Source: an uncultured Peptococcaceae bacterium (GTDB taxonomy: Bacteria; Bacillota; Desulfitobacteriia; Desulfitobacteriales; Syntrophobotulaceae). From it: a stretch of DNA of 52,778 nt. Both the position numbers and the translations under genes were made by a program. Below, piece by piece: positions 35,471-44,659 of the stretch. The stretch lies in assembly GCA_937892995.1 (NCBI GenBank), contig CALBJS010000086.1:1-52778 (forward strand), read 5' to 3'. Within the stretch, counting starts at the first letter, position 1, and the number at the start of each line of letters is the position of its first letter. The notes below the pieces were generated by a model. That model was not told the origin of the DNA. It worked only from the letters and a program-made list of their open reading frames with translations, and searched no databases.

Positions 35471-37039
35471 ATGCGTGTTGTAAGTGCCGGACAGATGCGC
35501 AGCATCGATTCCAATGCTATTAATAGTTTCGGGGTTCCAGGGGTTGTACTCATGGAAAATGCAGCCCTGGCAGTGGTCAGGGAGATAAAAGAAATTTTAG
35601 CTGGAGAAAGGGAAAAAAGACTACGAGGACAAAAAGCTATAATTATCGTGGGCAAAGGTAATAACGGTGGTGATGGTTTAGCTATAGCACGACATCTAAA
35701 TGTTTTAGGGATGGAAGTAACAGTTTTTCTGTTCGCTAATCCTGGTGACTTAAGCGAAGACGCTAAGCTGAATTATGATCTGTATCAAAAGATGGGTGGA
35801 AAGATAGTTCTAGTTGAAGATGAAAAACAGATCCGGTTATTCAAACTCGCTTTGATGCAATCTCAAATAGTAGTAGATGCTCTCTATGGTACGGGTTTTA
35901 AAGGTGCTTTACCGGAGCTGACGGTAAGCTTTATCGAAGATATTAATAAAGCAGAAATACCAGTTGTATGTATCGATATCCCTAGTGGACTTGAAGCCGA
36001 CACAGGTAAGGTACATAATCTAGCTGTTCAAGGAGATCTAACAGTTACTTTCGGATTACCAAAGTTAGGGCATTTTCTAGGTGAAGGTCCCATATATACT
36101 GGAAGGCTGGTAATTGACCAAATTTCCATTCCGGAGAATGTGCTTAGTGAAGAGAAAATATTTGCCTACCTTTTAACTGATGAAGTAGTTAAACCTTTGA
36201 TACCTGTGCGCCATCCCCAAGGCCATAAAGGCACCCATGGTAGAGCGGTACTTATAGGGGGTTCGGTAGGTATGAGCGGGGCTGTGATCTTGGCGGGCAA
36301 GGCTGCTCAACGATGTGGGATTGGGCTTTTGCAGATCGTGGTTCCCGAGGCACTAGTCGAAACTGTAAACTTAGGAGTGATTGAAGCTACGGTTTGGCCT
36401 TCTAAAGATTATGAGATGTTATCAGAAAGTTCGTGGCCGGTTATAGCCGAACGGATTGAAGGAGCTAACGCCTGTGCCGTCGGGCCCGGACTTAAACAGA
36501 CGGAATCATTTCTCACGGTATTAAAGAATATACTGAAAGAGAGTGATGTTCCTGTAATAATGGATGCCGATGCTTTAAATCTTATTTCCAGGGAAACTGA
36601 TTTGCTAAGTCTAAGGAAGGGCAAAGGCACTTTGATTGTTACTCCTCATCCGGGAGAAATGGCTCGCCTTTGTGGCTGCTCTATCGCTGAGGTTCAGGAG
36701 AATAGACTGCAGATAGCCGTTTCTAAAGCTTTGGAATGGGGAGCCATCGTAGTATTAAAAGGGGCGGGGACAATAATTGCCTCGCCTGATGGCAGGGTAT
36801 TCCTTAATTCCACCGGTAATGCCGGTCTTGGTACCGGAGGAACCGGAGATGTTCTTACAGGCTGTATTCTCTCTTGGATTGCCCAAGGAGTACCGCCTTT
36901 AGGAGCCGCTTGTCTGGGAGTCTATCTGCATGGCAAGGCCGGTGATCTTCTTGAAGAACAGTTTGGTTTATCCGGATTTACGGCTTCTGAAGTAGCTGAA
37001 TACTTGCTTAGGGTGAGAAGAAATATTGAACAGTCTTAA
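35471..37039 (+). CDS. nnr: Bifunctional NAD(P)H-hydrate epimerase / ADP-dependent dehydratase
   Basis: 522 aa. YjeF_N motif GKGNNGGDG and carbohydrate-kinase-like C-domain (GTGGTGDVLTG). Confidence 0.9.
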   Translation: MRVVSAGQMRSIDSNAINSFGVPGVVLMENAALAVVREIKEILAGEREKRLRGQKAIIIVGKGNNGGDGLAIARHLNVLGMEVTVFLFANPGDLSEDAKLNYDLYQKMGGKIVLVEDEKQIRLFKLALMQSQIVVDALYGTGFKGALPELTVSFIEDINKAEIPVVCIDIPSGLEADTGKVHNLAVQGDLTVTFGLPKLGHFLGEGPIYTGRLVIDQISIPENVLSEEKIFAYLLTDEVVKPLIPVRHPQGHKGTHGRAVLIGGSVGMSGAVILAGKAAQRCGIGLLQIVVPEALVETVNLGVIEATVWPSKDYEMLSESSWPVIAERIEGANACAVGPGLKQTESFLTVLKNILKESDVPVIMDADALNLISRETDLLSLRKGKGTLIVTPHPGEMARLCGCSIAEVQENRLQIAVSKALEWGAIVVLKGAGTIIASPDGRVFLNSTGNAGLGTGGTGDVLTGCILSWIAQGVPPLGAACLGVYLHGKAGDLLEEQFGLSGFTASEVAEYLLRVRRNIEQS

Positions 37040-37058
37040 ATGTTGGAGGAATAAATAA

Positions 37059-38171
37059 ATGGATAATTTCCGTCCTGTACGGGCAGAAGTAGACCTAGGA
37101 GCCTTAAGGCGTAATCTTCAGAGAATTAAGAGGTACACGGACAGTGAGATTATGCCTATAGTAAAAGCAGATGCTTACGGACATGGTGCAGTAGAGGTTG
37201 TCCGAGTTCTTAGACAGGAAGGAATCAAGAGATTCGGAGTTGCCTTTTTAGAAGAAGCACTAGAACTAAGGAAACATTATCCGGAGATCACTTTAATGGT
37301 AATTGGTTCCACTTTGCCGGAATATTCAGAAGTCCTTGTTAAAGAGGAGATCATTCCTGAAATATACCAGATCGAACAGGCCCAAGCATTGTCGGATGCA
37401 GCCGTAAGACTTCGGAAAACAGCCAGACTGCATATTAAAATAGACACAGGGATGGGAAGGATCGGTTTTAGAGATAGTGCCTATGAAGATATTCTAAAAA
37501 TAGCCCAGTTCCCTGGTCTGTTTATAGAAGGAATTTACACTCATCTTGCTACTGCTGATTCTCCGGATCTAGACTATGCACATAAACAACTTCAAGTTTT
37601 TGATGAGCTTTATGCCCGGCTTTGTGCTGCGGGTATTAGAATTCCTATTCGACATGCCGCCAATTCGCCGGCACTTATTCAGCTTCCCCAGAGCCATTAT
37701 GAACTCTGTCGACCGGGTATTATTCTTTATGGACTTCCACCTATGAAGCATAAGGGATTAGAAGCAGGATTCGAACCGGTGATGTCTCTAAAGGCCCGTA
37801 TTTCACATTTAAAGACAATAGATAAAGGTCATAGCGTAGGTTACGGCCGGACCTTTACTGCAGCTTGCCCAACCCAAGTAGCTACTTTACCGTTAGGATA
37901 TGCCGATGGATTGCGGCGTTCCCTTTCTAATGGAGGAGAAGTGCTACTTAAGAATAAAAGAGCTGTGATTATCGGCAAGATATGTATGGATCAGACCATG
38001 ATAGATGTTACAGATATAGAAGGGGTACAAGTAGGGGACGAAGTTACTTTAATCGGCGGAGATCGTGAGAATACTATTACTGCTAGCGAAATAGCTGAGA
38101 GTTGTGGTACGATTAGTTATGAAATCCTTTGTGGAATATCAAAAAGGGTACCTAGAGTTTATACTTATTGA
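37059..38171 (+). CDS. alr: Alanine racemase
   Basis: PLP-lysine motif VKADAYGHG and C-terminal pattern SYEILCGISKRVPRVY. Confidence 0.92.
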   Translation: MDNFRPVRAEVDLGALRRNLQRIKRYTDSEIMPIVKADAYGHGAVEVVRVLRQEGIKRFGVAFLEEALELRKHYPEITLMVIGSTLPEYSEVLVKEEIIPEIYQIEQAQALSDAAVRLRKTARLHIKIDTGMGRIGFRDSAYEDILKIAQFPGLFIEGIYTHLATADSPDLDYAHKQLQVFDELYARLCAAGIRIPIRHAANSPALIQLPQSHYELCRPGIILYGLPPMKHKGLEAGFEPVMSLKARISHLKTIDKGHSVGYGRTFTAACPTQVATLPLGYADGLRRSLSNGGEVLLKNKRAVIIGKICMDQTMIDVTDIEGVQVGDEVTLIGGDRENTITASEIAESCGTISYEILCGISKRVPRVYTY

Positions 38172-38394
38172 TTAGATGATGATTCAGCCTTATGTTTTCT
38201 TACTATTTCTTAAATAAAGGATTCAAAAAAGTGTTATTTCGTTCCAAAAGGATATCTTTATAATTGCAAATGTACAGAATATAGTTACAATTATAATTAT
38301 AACCCAAAAGGGTTAATTTTTAGTGCGGAATATTTCCAAGCTAATCAAATCAACCTTTAAACTTGATACAATATTTTATTAGGAGATAGTATAG

Positions 38395-39048
38395 ATGGAT
38401 CAGATTCAAAAAAGTATTCCTTTGCATCTTCAAGCTTATGAAATCCTTAAGAAACAAATTCTTACAGGCAAGCTGATAAGTGGGGAAAGATTATTAGAAA
38501 AAAAGCTATCCCAGGACTTGGGAGTGAGTCGTAGTCCGATAAGAGAAGCGTTAAGAATGCTGGAGCAAGATGAATTGGTAGTATTAAACCCAAATGGATT
38601 AATAGTAAATTCCTTAGAAATGTCCGACATGAAGGAAATATATCAATGCAGTATAGCAATTGAGCCTTACGCTGTTAACTTAGCGGCCAGTAATCTGAAT
38701 GAAAAAGATATAAAAGATTTAAGAGCCTTCATTCAAAAGGCCAGAGAAAGTCATTTGCGGAAGGAATATAATGTTATTGTTGAATTCAATACAGGATTCC
38801 ACGAATCAATAATTGTTAAATGCGGCAATTCTCGTTTAATCTCTATCATTGACAAGCTAAGAGCCCTGACTATCCTCAGAAGAAGAGCTGAATTAGAATT
38901 TTATCATAAAAGGAGCGATGAATATTTATTGGAACATGAAGAGATTCTAGATGCTTTAGCCCAAAAAGATGGGGAGACAGCTGAACTTTTGATGAAAAAA
39001 CATATTATGAATGATTATAAGGTTTTCGAAAAAATGTATAAAAAATAA
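38395..39048 (+). CDS. GntR-family transcriptional regulator, FadR/FCD subfamily (paralog 1)
   Basis: wHTH LSQDLGVSRSPIREALRMLEQDELV plus an all-helical FCD-type C-domain. About two-thirds identical by eye to the ORF at 39562..40230. Confidence 0.85.
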   Translation: MDQIQKSIPLHLQAYEILKKQILTGKLISGERLLEKKLSQDLGVSRSPIREALRMLEQDELVVLNPNGLIVNSLEMSDMKEIYQCSIAIEPYAVNLAASNLNEKDIKDLRAFIQKARESHLRKEYNVIVEFNTGFHESIIVKCGNSRLISIIDKLRALTILRRRAELEFYHKRSDEYLLEHEEILDALAQKDGETAELLMKKHIMNDYKVFEKMYKK

Positions 39049-39078
39049 AAAAGAAAAATTTATTATGATACTTTTTAG

Positions 39079-39112
39079 GAATCTTGGTAAGAGTAACCAA
39101 GATTCTTTGTGT
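39079..39112 (+). terminator. Intrinsic terminator after GntR paralog 1
   Basis: gaatcttggt-aagagta-accaagattc followed by tttgtgt. A second AT-rich 15-bp hairpin lies at 39121..39158. Confidence 0.55.
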
Positions 39113-39254
39113 CTGGTAAAAAAATACTAAAATAAAATATTACTTATTTTAGTATTTTTTGTTGTCAAATAGTTTAACTAAAATAAGGAGTTGTAAAAAA
39201 TAAAAAATACCTTGCAAAATAGTTGAAGCAGCCTTTAAGAGGAAAATAACTTTT

Positions 39255-39293
39255 CTTGTCGAATAATACAATAGACTAACGACCGTCGACAAG
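39255..39293. promoter_or_regulatory. Inverted repeat CTTGTCGA-N23-TCGACAAG (candidate GntR operator, copy 1)
   Basis: Perfect 8-bp arms. A related sequence with GTCGA / GGTCGACAAAG lies at 40378..40414, upstream of the intact dctP. Confidence 0.4.
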
Positions 39294-39394
39294 TATATTA
39301 GTAGCATATCATATGTTTTTTCTTAAACTCATTATGTACTCCATAATTAGCAAAGAAGAAGCAAAATTTTTTTATTTATTGAAGGAGGATATTT

Positions 39395-39549
39395 ATGAAA
39401 GAGTTTGTTTCCTTAGCGTTAGTGCTTATCCTGACCCTGAACCTTGATAGTAGGTGAAAGATGCTTTCGCTGCAACTTGCTAACGTGCACACCAGAAGTT
39501 TGAAAACGAGTTAAGGAAAGATTTAGTTGACAAAATTGTAGAATACTAG
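39395..39549 (+). pseudogene. Internal-deletion remnant of a second TRAP substrate-binding protein gene (dctP paralog)
   Basis: The RBS and first about 60 nt (atgaaagagtttgtttccttagcgttagtgctt...) match 40658..40717. The following about 95 nt (gaaagatgctttcgctgcaacttgc...gacaaaattgtagaatactag) match 41573..41668. About 855 nt in between are missing. Confidence 0.75.
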
Positions 39550-39561
39550 GAGACAATATAA

Positions 39562-40230
39562 ATGAATCAGATTCAAAAAAGCAGACTGTTACATCTTCAG
39601 ACCTACGAAATACTTAAGAATGAGATTTTATCGGGTAAGTTGAAAAGTGGAGAAAGATTATCAGAAAGTAGAATATCACAGGAGTTAGGGGTTAGTCGTA
39701 GTCCAGTAAGAGAAGCTTTAAGAATGCTGGAACAGGATCATTTAGTAGTATTAACTTCTAGCGGGCTAATCATCAATATAATGAAAATGTCAGACATGGA
39801 AGAAGTATACCAATGTAGAATAGCACTTGAGCCGTATGCCGCAAATTTAGCTGCAAATAACTTAGATAATAAAGATATAATAAATTTAAAAAGCTTTATT
39901 AACAAAGCGAAAGAAAGCCATCAAAAGAAAGAATATGATAGTCTCGTAGAATTCAATACCGGATTTCACGATTTGATAGTCGGAAAGTGTGGTAATTCCC
40001 GCCTTATTGGTATTCTTGAAAGGCTAAGAGCCTTGACTATACTTAAAAGAAGAGCTGAATTGGAATTTTATGACCAGAGAAATAATGAATATCTGGTTGA
40101 ACATGAACAAATTTTAAAATCTTTAGCTGAGAAGGATGGAGAAGCCGCTGAATTCCTAATGAAAAAACATATTGAAAATGACTATAATATTTTTAAAAAA
40201 AGCTATAAAGCCAAAGATGAAATAGCTTAA
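39562..40230 (+). CDS. GntR-family transcriptional regulator, FadR/FCD subfamily (paralog 2)
   Basis: Same architecture as 38395..39048. RBS aggag. Confidence 0.85.
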   Translation: MNQIQKSRLLHLQTYEILKNEILSGKLKSGERLSESRISQELGVSRSPVREALRMLEQDHLVVLTSSGLIINIMKMSDMEEVYQCRIALEPYAANLAANNLDNKDIINLKSFINKAKESHQKKEYDSLVEFNTGFHDLIVGKCGNSRLIGILERLRALTILKRRAELEFYDQRNNEYLVEHEQILKSLAEKDGEAAEFLMKKHIENDYNIFKKSYKAKDEIA

Positions 40231-40377
40231 AAAATATTGGCAAAAGAAGTCCTGGGTAAAATCAGGATTTCTTTTATTCGTATGTATAGATTTCTTTTGG
40301 TAGCTCTATTATTTGGAAAGATAATAAAAAATAATCGGAAAATTTTTAAAAAAGAAGAAGGAAAATCAGAAAAGTAG

Positions 40378-40414
40378 TCGAATATATACAACATACTGAA
40401 GACGGTCGACAAAG
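40378..40414. promoter_or_regulatory. Candidate GntR operator, copy 2
   Basis: gtcgaatatatacaacatactgaagacggtcgacaaag is similar to 39258..39293. A third GTCGA lies at 40421. Confidence 0.35.
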
Positions 40415-40657
40415 ATGCATGTCGATAGTCTCCCTTAACTGAAAGGGATTGATGAAATAATTTACCTGGTTTTCACGGATAAATTTTAACTAATAGCAGC
40501 AAAAATAATACTAAGTTCTATGCCAAATACCCTTTCAGTTCATTATCTTTATTTTTTAAGAAGAAAGTAGGTGGTTTGATCAAAGGGAATATCGGCCATT
40601 AAAAGGCTAAAGGTTCAAAACTGAATATTCTTAAATATTTATGGATGGAGGATATTT

Positions 40658-41668
40658 ATGAAAAAGTTTATTTCCTTAGCGTTAGTGCTTGTTTTGACCT
40701 TGACCTTGGTAGTAGGTTGTGGTAATCAAACGGCAAATACCGGAGAACAAGACGGCAATCAGGGAACAGTAGTACTTAAAGCTGGACACTGTGTATCTGA
40801 GACAAACCCTTACCATCTTGGGATGGTTAAATTTAAAGAGCTAGCGGAAGAGTATAGTAATGGTACCTTGGAAATCCAGATATTCCCAAATAACATTTTG
40901 GGTGCCGAACGGGAAATGGTTGAAGGCATGCAATTAGGTACTTTGGACTTAGCGGTAACTTCTACCGGTGTTCTTAGCAACTTTGTTCCCTTGATGGGGA
41001 TAGTGGACTTGCCTTATCTGTTTAGGGATAGAGACCATGTTTTTAGAGTTTTAGACGGCGAAGTTGGCGATACGCTATTAGGTAAATTTGAGAGTGTTGG
41101 TATTGTTAGTCTTGGTTGGTGGGAAAACGGCTTCCGCCATTTTACCAATAGTAAGAAAGCAATCGAGAAACCGGAAGATGTAAAAGGGTTAAAAATTCGC
41201 GTGATGGAAAACCCTGTTTATATGGCTTTTATTGAGGCTTTAGGTGGTGCTCCAACTCCAATCAATGCTGCTGAATTATATACTGCACTGCAATCCGGAA
41301 CAGTAGATGGCCAGGAAAATCCTATCCCTGCGATTTTTACCAATCGTTTCTATGAGCCGCAGAAATATTTATCTCTTTCAGCTCATACCTACTCGCCGGC
41401 TGTATTTCATGTAAGTAAGGCTACCTGGGATAAATTGACTGATGAGCAAAAAGAGGCCATCAAGAAAGCTGAGAAAGAAGCTCGTGACTATGAGAGAGAA
41501 CTCAATAATCAAATGGCTATTGAGCAAATCGATCAACTGAAAGAAAAAGGCATTTTAGTAAATGAAGTTGATAAAGATGCTTTCGTTGCAGCTTGCCAAC
41601 CTGTACACCAGAAGTTTGAAAACGAGTTTGGGAAAGATTTGATTGACAAAATTATTAATACTAAATAA
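40658..41668 (+). CDS. dctP: TRAP transporter substrate-binding protein (DctP family), lipoprotein
   Basis: 336 aa. Lipobox LVVGC. DctP-family pattern (NPYHLG..., GLKIRVMENPVY..., ELYTALQSGTVDGQENP). Confidence 0.9.
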   Translation: MKKFISLALVLVLTLTLVVGCGNQTANTGEQDGNQGTVVLKAGHCVSETNPYHLGMVKFKELAEEYSNGTLEIQIFPNNILGAEREMVEGMQLGTLDLAVTSTGVLSNFVPLMGIVDLPYLFRDRDHVFRVLDGEVGDTLLGKFESVGIVSLGWWENGFRHFTNSKKAIEKPEDVKGLKIRVMENPVYMAFIEALGGAPTPINAAELYTALQSGTVDGQENPIPAIFTNRFYEPQKYLSLSAHTYSPAVFHVSKATWDKLTDEQKEAIKKAEKEARDYERELNNQMAIEQIDQLKEKGILVNEVDKDAFVAACQPVHQKFENEFGKDLIDKIINTK

Positions 41669-41760
41669 GGGTAAAAACACCGTAAAAACTAAGATGGATT
41701 AATTTTAATAATTTTTGTACTAATTCATGTTCTTAAAACTGCTATAAGGGAAGTGAAAAT

Positions 41761-42237
41761 GTGCAGTTGATTCTAAAAGGTATAGATCGAATTAACAAAG
41801 CAATCACCTGGGGTGTCATCCTGATGTTTGGGGTAATGGCTATAGTGATAATTGCCCAAGTGATTTATAGGTTTGTGTTAAAAGCTTCTTTGCCTTGGTC
41901 GGAAGAATTGGCTAGATATCTTATGGTCTGGGTCACCTTTTTGGGAGCTGGGGTAGCAGTACGTACCAAAGGCCTAATCGCCGTGGAAGCAATCGTTAAT
42001 CTGTTGCCTTCGGCGGTAAAAAAAGCAATTTACTATCTAGTGACTCTGCTTTCGGTCGGCTTAATAGTGATAATGATCTACTTCGGATTTAAAATGACCG
42101 GATTCGTCTCTAACCAGTTGTCGGCAGCTATGCAAATATCGATGGCTTGGGCTTATTCAGCTATACCGGTAGGTGCAATTGTCATGTTGATGAATACTGT
42201 GGCCGTAATTATCGAAGAGAAGGGAGGACAACCATAA
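41761..42237 (+). CDS. dctQ: TRAP transporter small permease (DctQ)
   Basis: 158 aa, 4 TM, WSEELARYLMVWVTFLGAG motif. GTG start. Confidence 0.85.
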   Translation: MQLILKGIDRINKAITWGVILMFGVMAIVIIAQVIYRFVLKASLPWSEELARYLMVWVTFLGAGVAVRTKGLIAVEAIVNLLPSAVKKAIYYLVTLLSVGLIVIMIYFGFKMTGFVSNQLSAAMQISMAWAYSAIPVGAIVMLMNTVAVIIEEKGGQP

Positions 42238-42238
42238 G

Positions 42239-43516
42239 ATGGGTTTACTCCTGATTTTAGGAATGTTCTTACTTGTATTTTTAAGCATGCCTGTGGCCTT
42301 TTCTCTGGGTGCTTCTTCTACCATAGTGCTGATGTACCAAGGCAAAATACCCCTAGACGTTATTGTGCAAAGGATGTTTGCCGGTGTCGATTCTTTCCCC
42401 CTTATGGCGATTCCTTTCTTTATCCTAGCGGGAAGTTTGATGGAAACAGGCGGTATTTCCGAACGTCTGATTAAATTTGCTACAGCAATGGTCGGTAAGG
42501 CTACTGGTGGATTAGGTTTGGTGACGGTGGCAACTTGTCTGTTCTTTGGGGCAGTATCCGGTTCAGCTGCTGCCACGACGGCAGCTGTTGGTGCTCTTAT
42601 GATTCCGTCTATGGTCCAAAGGGGCTACCACAAGAACTTTTCAGCGGCTACTGTAGCCTCTGCCGCCTCCTTAGGGGTTATTATTCCGCCTAGCATTCCG
42701 ATGGTTCTCTATGGTGTAGTTTCGGGACAGTCTATCGGCACCCTTTTTATTGCAGGGATAATTCCAGGCTTATTTATCGGTGCGACGTTAATGCTTGTTT
42801 GTTACTTCATTTCCAAAAAGGAAGGCTATAAAGGTACCGAACAGGCTACCCGTAAAGAAAAGCTGGTAGCATTTAAAGATGCTATTTGGGCTTTACTGAT
42901 GCCAATCATCATCCTTGGCGGCATCTATGGGGGGTATTTTACTCCTACAGAAGCAGCCGCAGTTGCCGTGTTATACGGATTTATAGTTAGCATATTTATC
43001 TACAAGGAAATCAAGCTGCCGGACTTAAAAAATGTACTTGCTTCTGCAGCAATAACAACTTCTATAATTATGATCATACTCGCCAATGCCTCGCTTTTTG
43101 GTTGGATTATGGCTCGGGAAAGAGTACCGCATATGGTAGCAGAGGCCTTTACGAATTTCTCCAGTAGTCCATTTGTTTACCTGCTTCTGGTAAATATTCT
43201 ACTGCTATTCGTTGGGACTATTTTTGAATCTTCAGCGGCGATCATTATTCTGACCCCAATTCTGTATCCTATAGCAGTTCAAATGGGTATTGACCCTATT
43301 CACTTCGGGATTGTCATGGTTGTCAACCTGGCTATAGGTTATGTAACCCCTCCCTTGGGTATCAATCTCTTTATTGCCTGCAATATCTCAAAGCTTCGTA
43401 TTGAGGATTTGGTCGTACGCTTGGTTCCCTTCCTGGTAACTTTGATAGTAGCACTCTTGATTCTTACCTATGTTCCGCAAATCACCTTATTCTTGCCTCA
43501 CTTATTAGGGATGTAG
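42239..43516 (+). CDS. dctM: TRAP transporter large permease (DctM)
   Basis: 425 aa polytopic protein with typical DctM motifs (PLMAIPFFILAG, GSSAAT). Start abuts the dctQ stop. Confidence 0.92.
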   Translation: MGLLLILGMFLLVFLSMPVAFSLGASSTIVLMYQGKIPLDVIVQRMFAGVDSFPLMAIPFFILAGSLMETGGISERLIKFATAMVGKATGGLGLVTVATCLFFGAVSGSAAATTAAVGALMIPSMVQRGYHKNFSAATVASAASLGVIIPPSIPMVLYGVVSGQSIGTLFIAGIIPGLFIGATLMLVCYFISKKEGYKGTEQATRKEKLVAFKDAIWALLMPIIILGGIYGGYFTPTEAAAVAVLYGFIVSIFIYKEIKLPDLKNVLASAAITTSIIMIILANASLFGWIMARERVPHMVAEAFTNFSSSPFVYLLLVNILLLFVGTIFESSAAIIILTPILYPIAVQMGIDPIHFGIVMVVNLAIGYVTPPLGINLFIACNISKLRIEDLVVRLVPFLVTLIVALLILTYVPQITLFLPHLLGM

Positions 43517-43615
43517 CTAAGTAAGTGTATTTGAACTGATTAAATTAGTAATCAATCTAAGTAAGATGATTAGGTTTTAAACCTTGAATATTGAGGAACC
43601 TAAAATTGTTACTCA

Positions 43616-44440
43616 AAAGATGAAAGAGGAGAAAGAGTTATGACATTCAGACCAAAAGAAAATCGAATTTTATCATGTTTACAAAGGAACGAAGTACCTC
43701 TCGGAACTCAGATCTATATGGCACATCCTGCCATCATTGAAATTATAGCTTACGCCGGGTTTGACTACTATATGCTTGATATGGAACATTGCAGAGTCAA
43801 CCCGGAGACAATGGAACACTGCATTCGTGCAGCTGACGCTGCCGGCATAACTACGGTAGTTAGAGTACCTGAAAATAACCATACCCTTATTCGAGGAGCG
43901 ATGGAAGCAGGTGCCCAGGGGGTAATCGTTCCCCATATTAACACTAAAGAAGATGCCCGTAAAGCAGTTAACGCCTTGCGTTATCCGCCGGAAGGCACAG
44001 CCGGGATGTGTCCTGCAATTCGTTCAGCCAACTATTCTGTACCGAGCTGGGACGATTATCTGGAATACCACAGTAACAATACTTCCTTGATAGCCCTAAT
44101 CGAAAGTCCTCAGGCTGTAGACAATGCTGAAGAAATCTTTGCTGAGTTAAAGTCTGGTGTCGATGCTGTATGGTTTGGACGCGGTGATCTGGCCCAAGCC
44201 GTAGCTAAACCTGGGGAAAAGGTAGACTGGGATCCTCCGTACATTAACGAAGCCTTTGAAAAAGTGTTAGCTGTTTCCAAGAAAACCGGAATCCCTGTAA
44301 TGGCTATTCCTTTCCCCGTTCTTAGTCCCGAAAGTGCGAAGGAAGCTTTAGCAAAAGGTGCTCGCATCATGTTATATTCCATCGATCAACTCCTATTCTA
44401 TAACCTCTGTGTAGATATTGTGAAAGCTATGAAAGGTTAA
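43616..44440 (+). repeat. 825-bp perfect direct repeat, copy 1 (RBS to stop codon of the aldolase gene)
   Basis: Identical to 46937..47761 in every stretch I compared. All three tracked ORFs on both strands translate identically. The offset is 3321 nt. Confidence 0.95.
43640..44440 (+). CDS. HpcH/HpaI-family 2-keto-3-deoxy-acid (pyruvate) aldolase, copy 1
   Basis: 266 aa. Family pattern DYYMLDMEHC..., VVRVPENN..., IESPQAVDNAEEI, VWFGRGDL. Confidence 0.85.
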   Translation: MTFRPKENRILSCLQRNEVPLGTQIYMAHPAIIEIIAYAGFDYYMLDMEHCRVNPETMEHCIRAADAAGITTVVRVPENNHTLIRGAMEAGAQGVIVPHINTKEDARKAVNALRYPPEGTAGMCPAIRSANYSVPSWDDYLEYHSNNTSLIALIESPQAVDNAEEIFAELKSGVDAVWFGRGDLAQAVAKPGEKVDWDPPYINEAFEKVLAVSKKTGIPVMAIPFPVLSPESAKEALAKGARIMLYSIDQLLFYNLCVDIVKAMKG

Positions 44441-44659
44441 AATTCAGCTAAAACAGCAACAATATTCCTCAATAAAATGGCAGCAAAAAAGTATACAAAA
44501 CAAAAGTAAGAAAAGATGCAGTATCATAAGGACTATTCTTCTTGCTGCCATTATTTAAAGAAAAATACCTAAATATAAAAGTATTATAGACTAGCTAATT
44601 TGTAAATAAAATAGCTTTTCAACAAGATAGACTAGCCCCTCTAGAAAGGAAGAAAAAGG

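Noticed and set aside
40227-40412. 61-aa minus-strand ORF between GntR paralog 2 and dctP
   Set aside because: It is an A/T homopolymer-rich, low-complexity translation in a promoter/operator region.
42157-42576. 139-aa minus-strand ORF across the dctQ/dctM junction
   Set aside because: It is antisense to two strongly supported permease genes.
44476-44552. 11-bp inverted repeat aatggcagcaa ... ttgctgccatt between aldolase copy 1 and the larA-like gene
   Set aside because: The 55-nt loop and the lack of a clear T-run make a terminator call weak. It could be coincidental in A-rich sequence, so it is kept only as a note.
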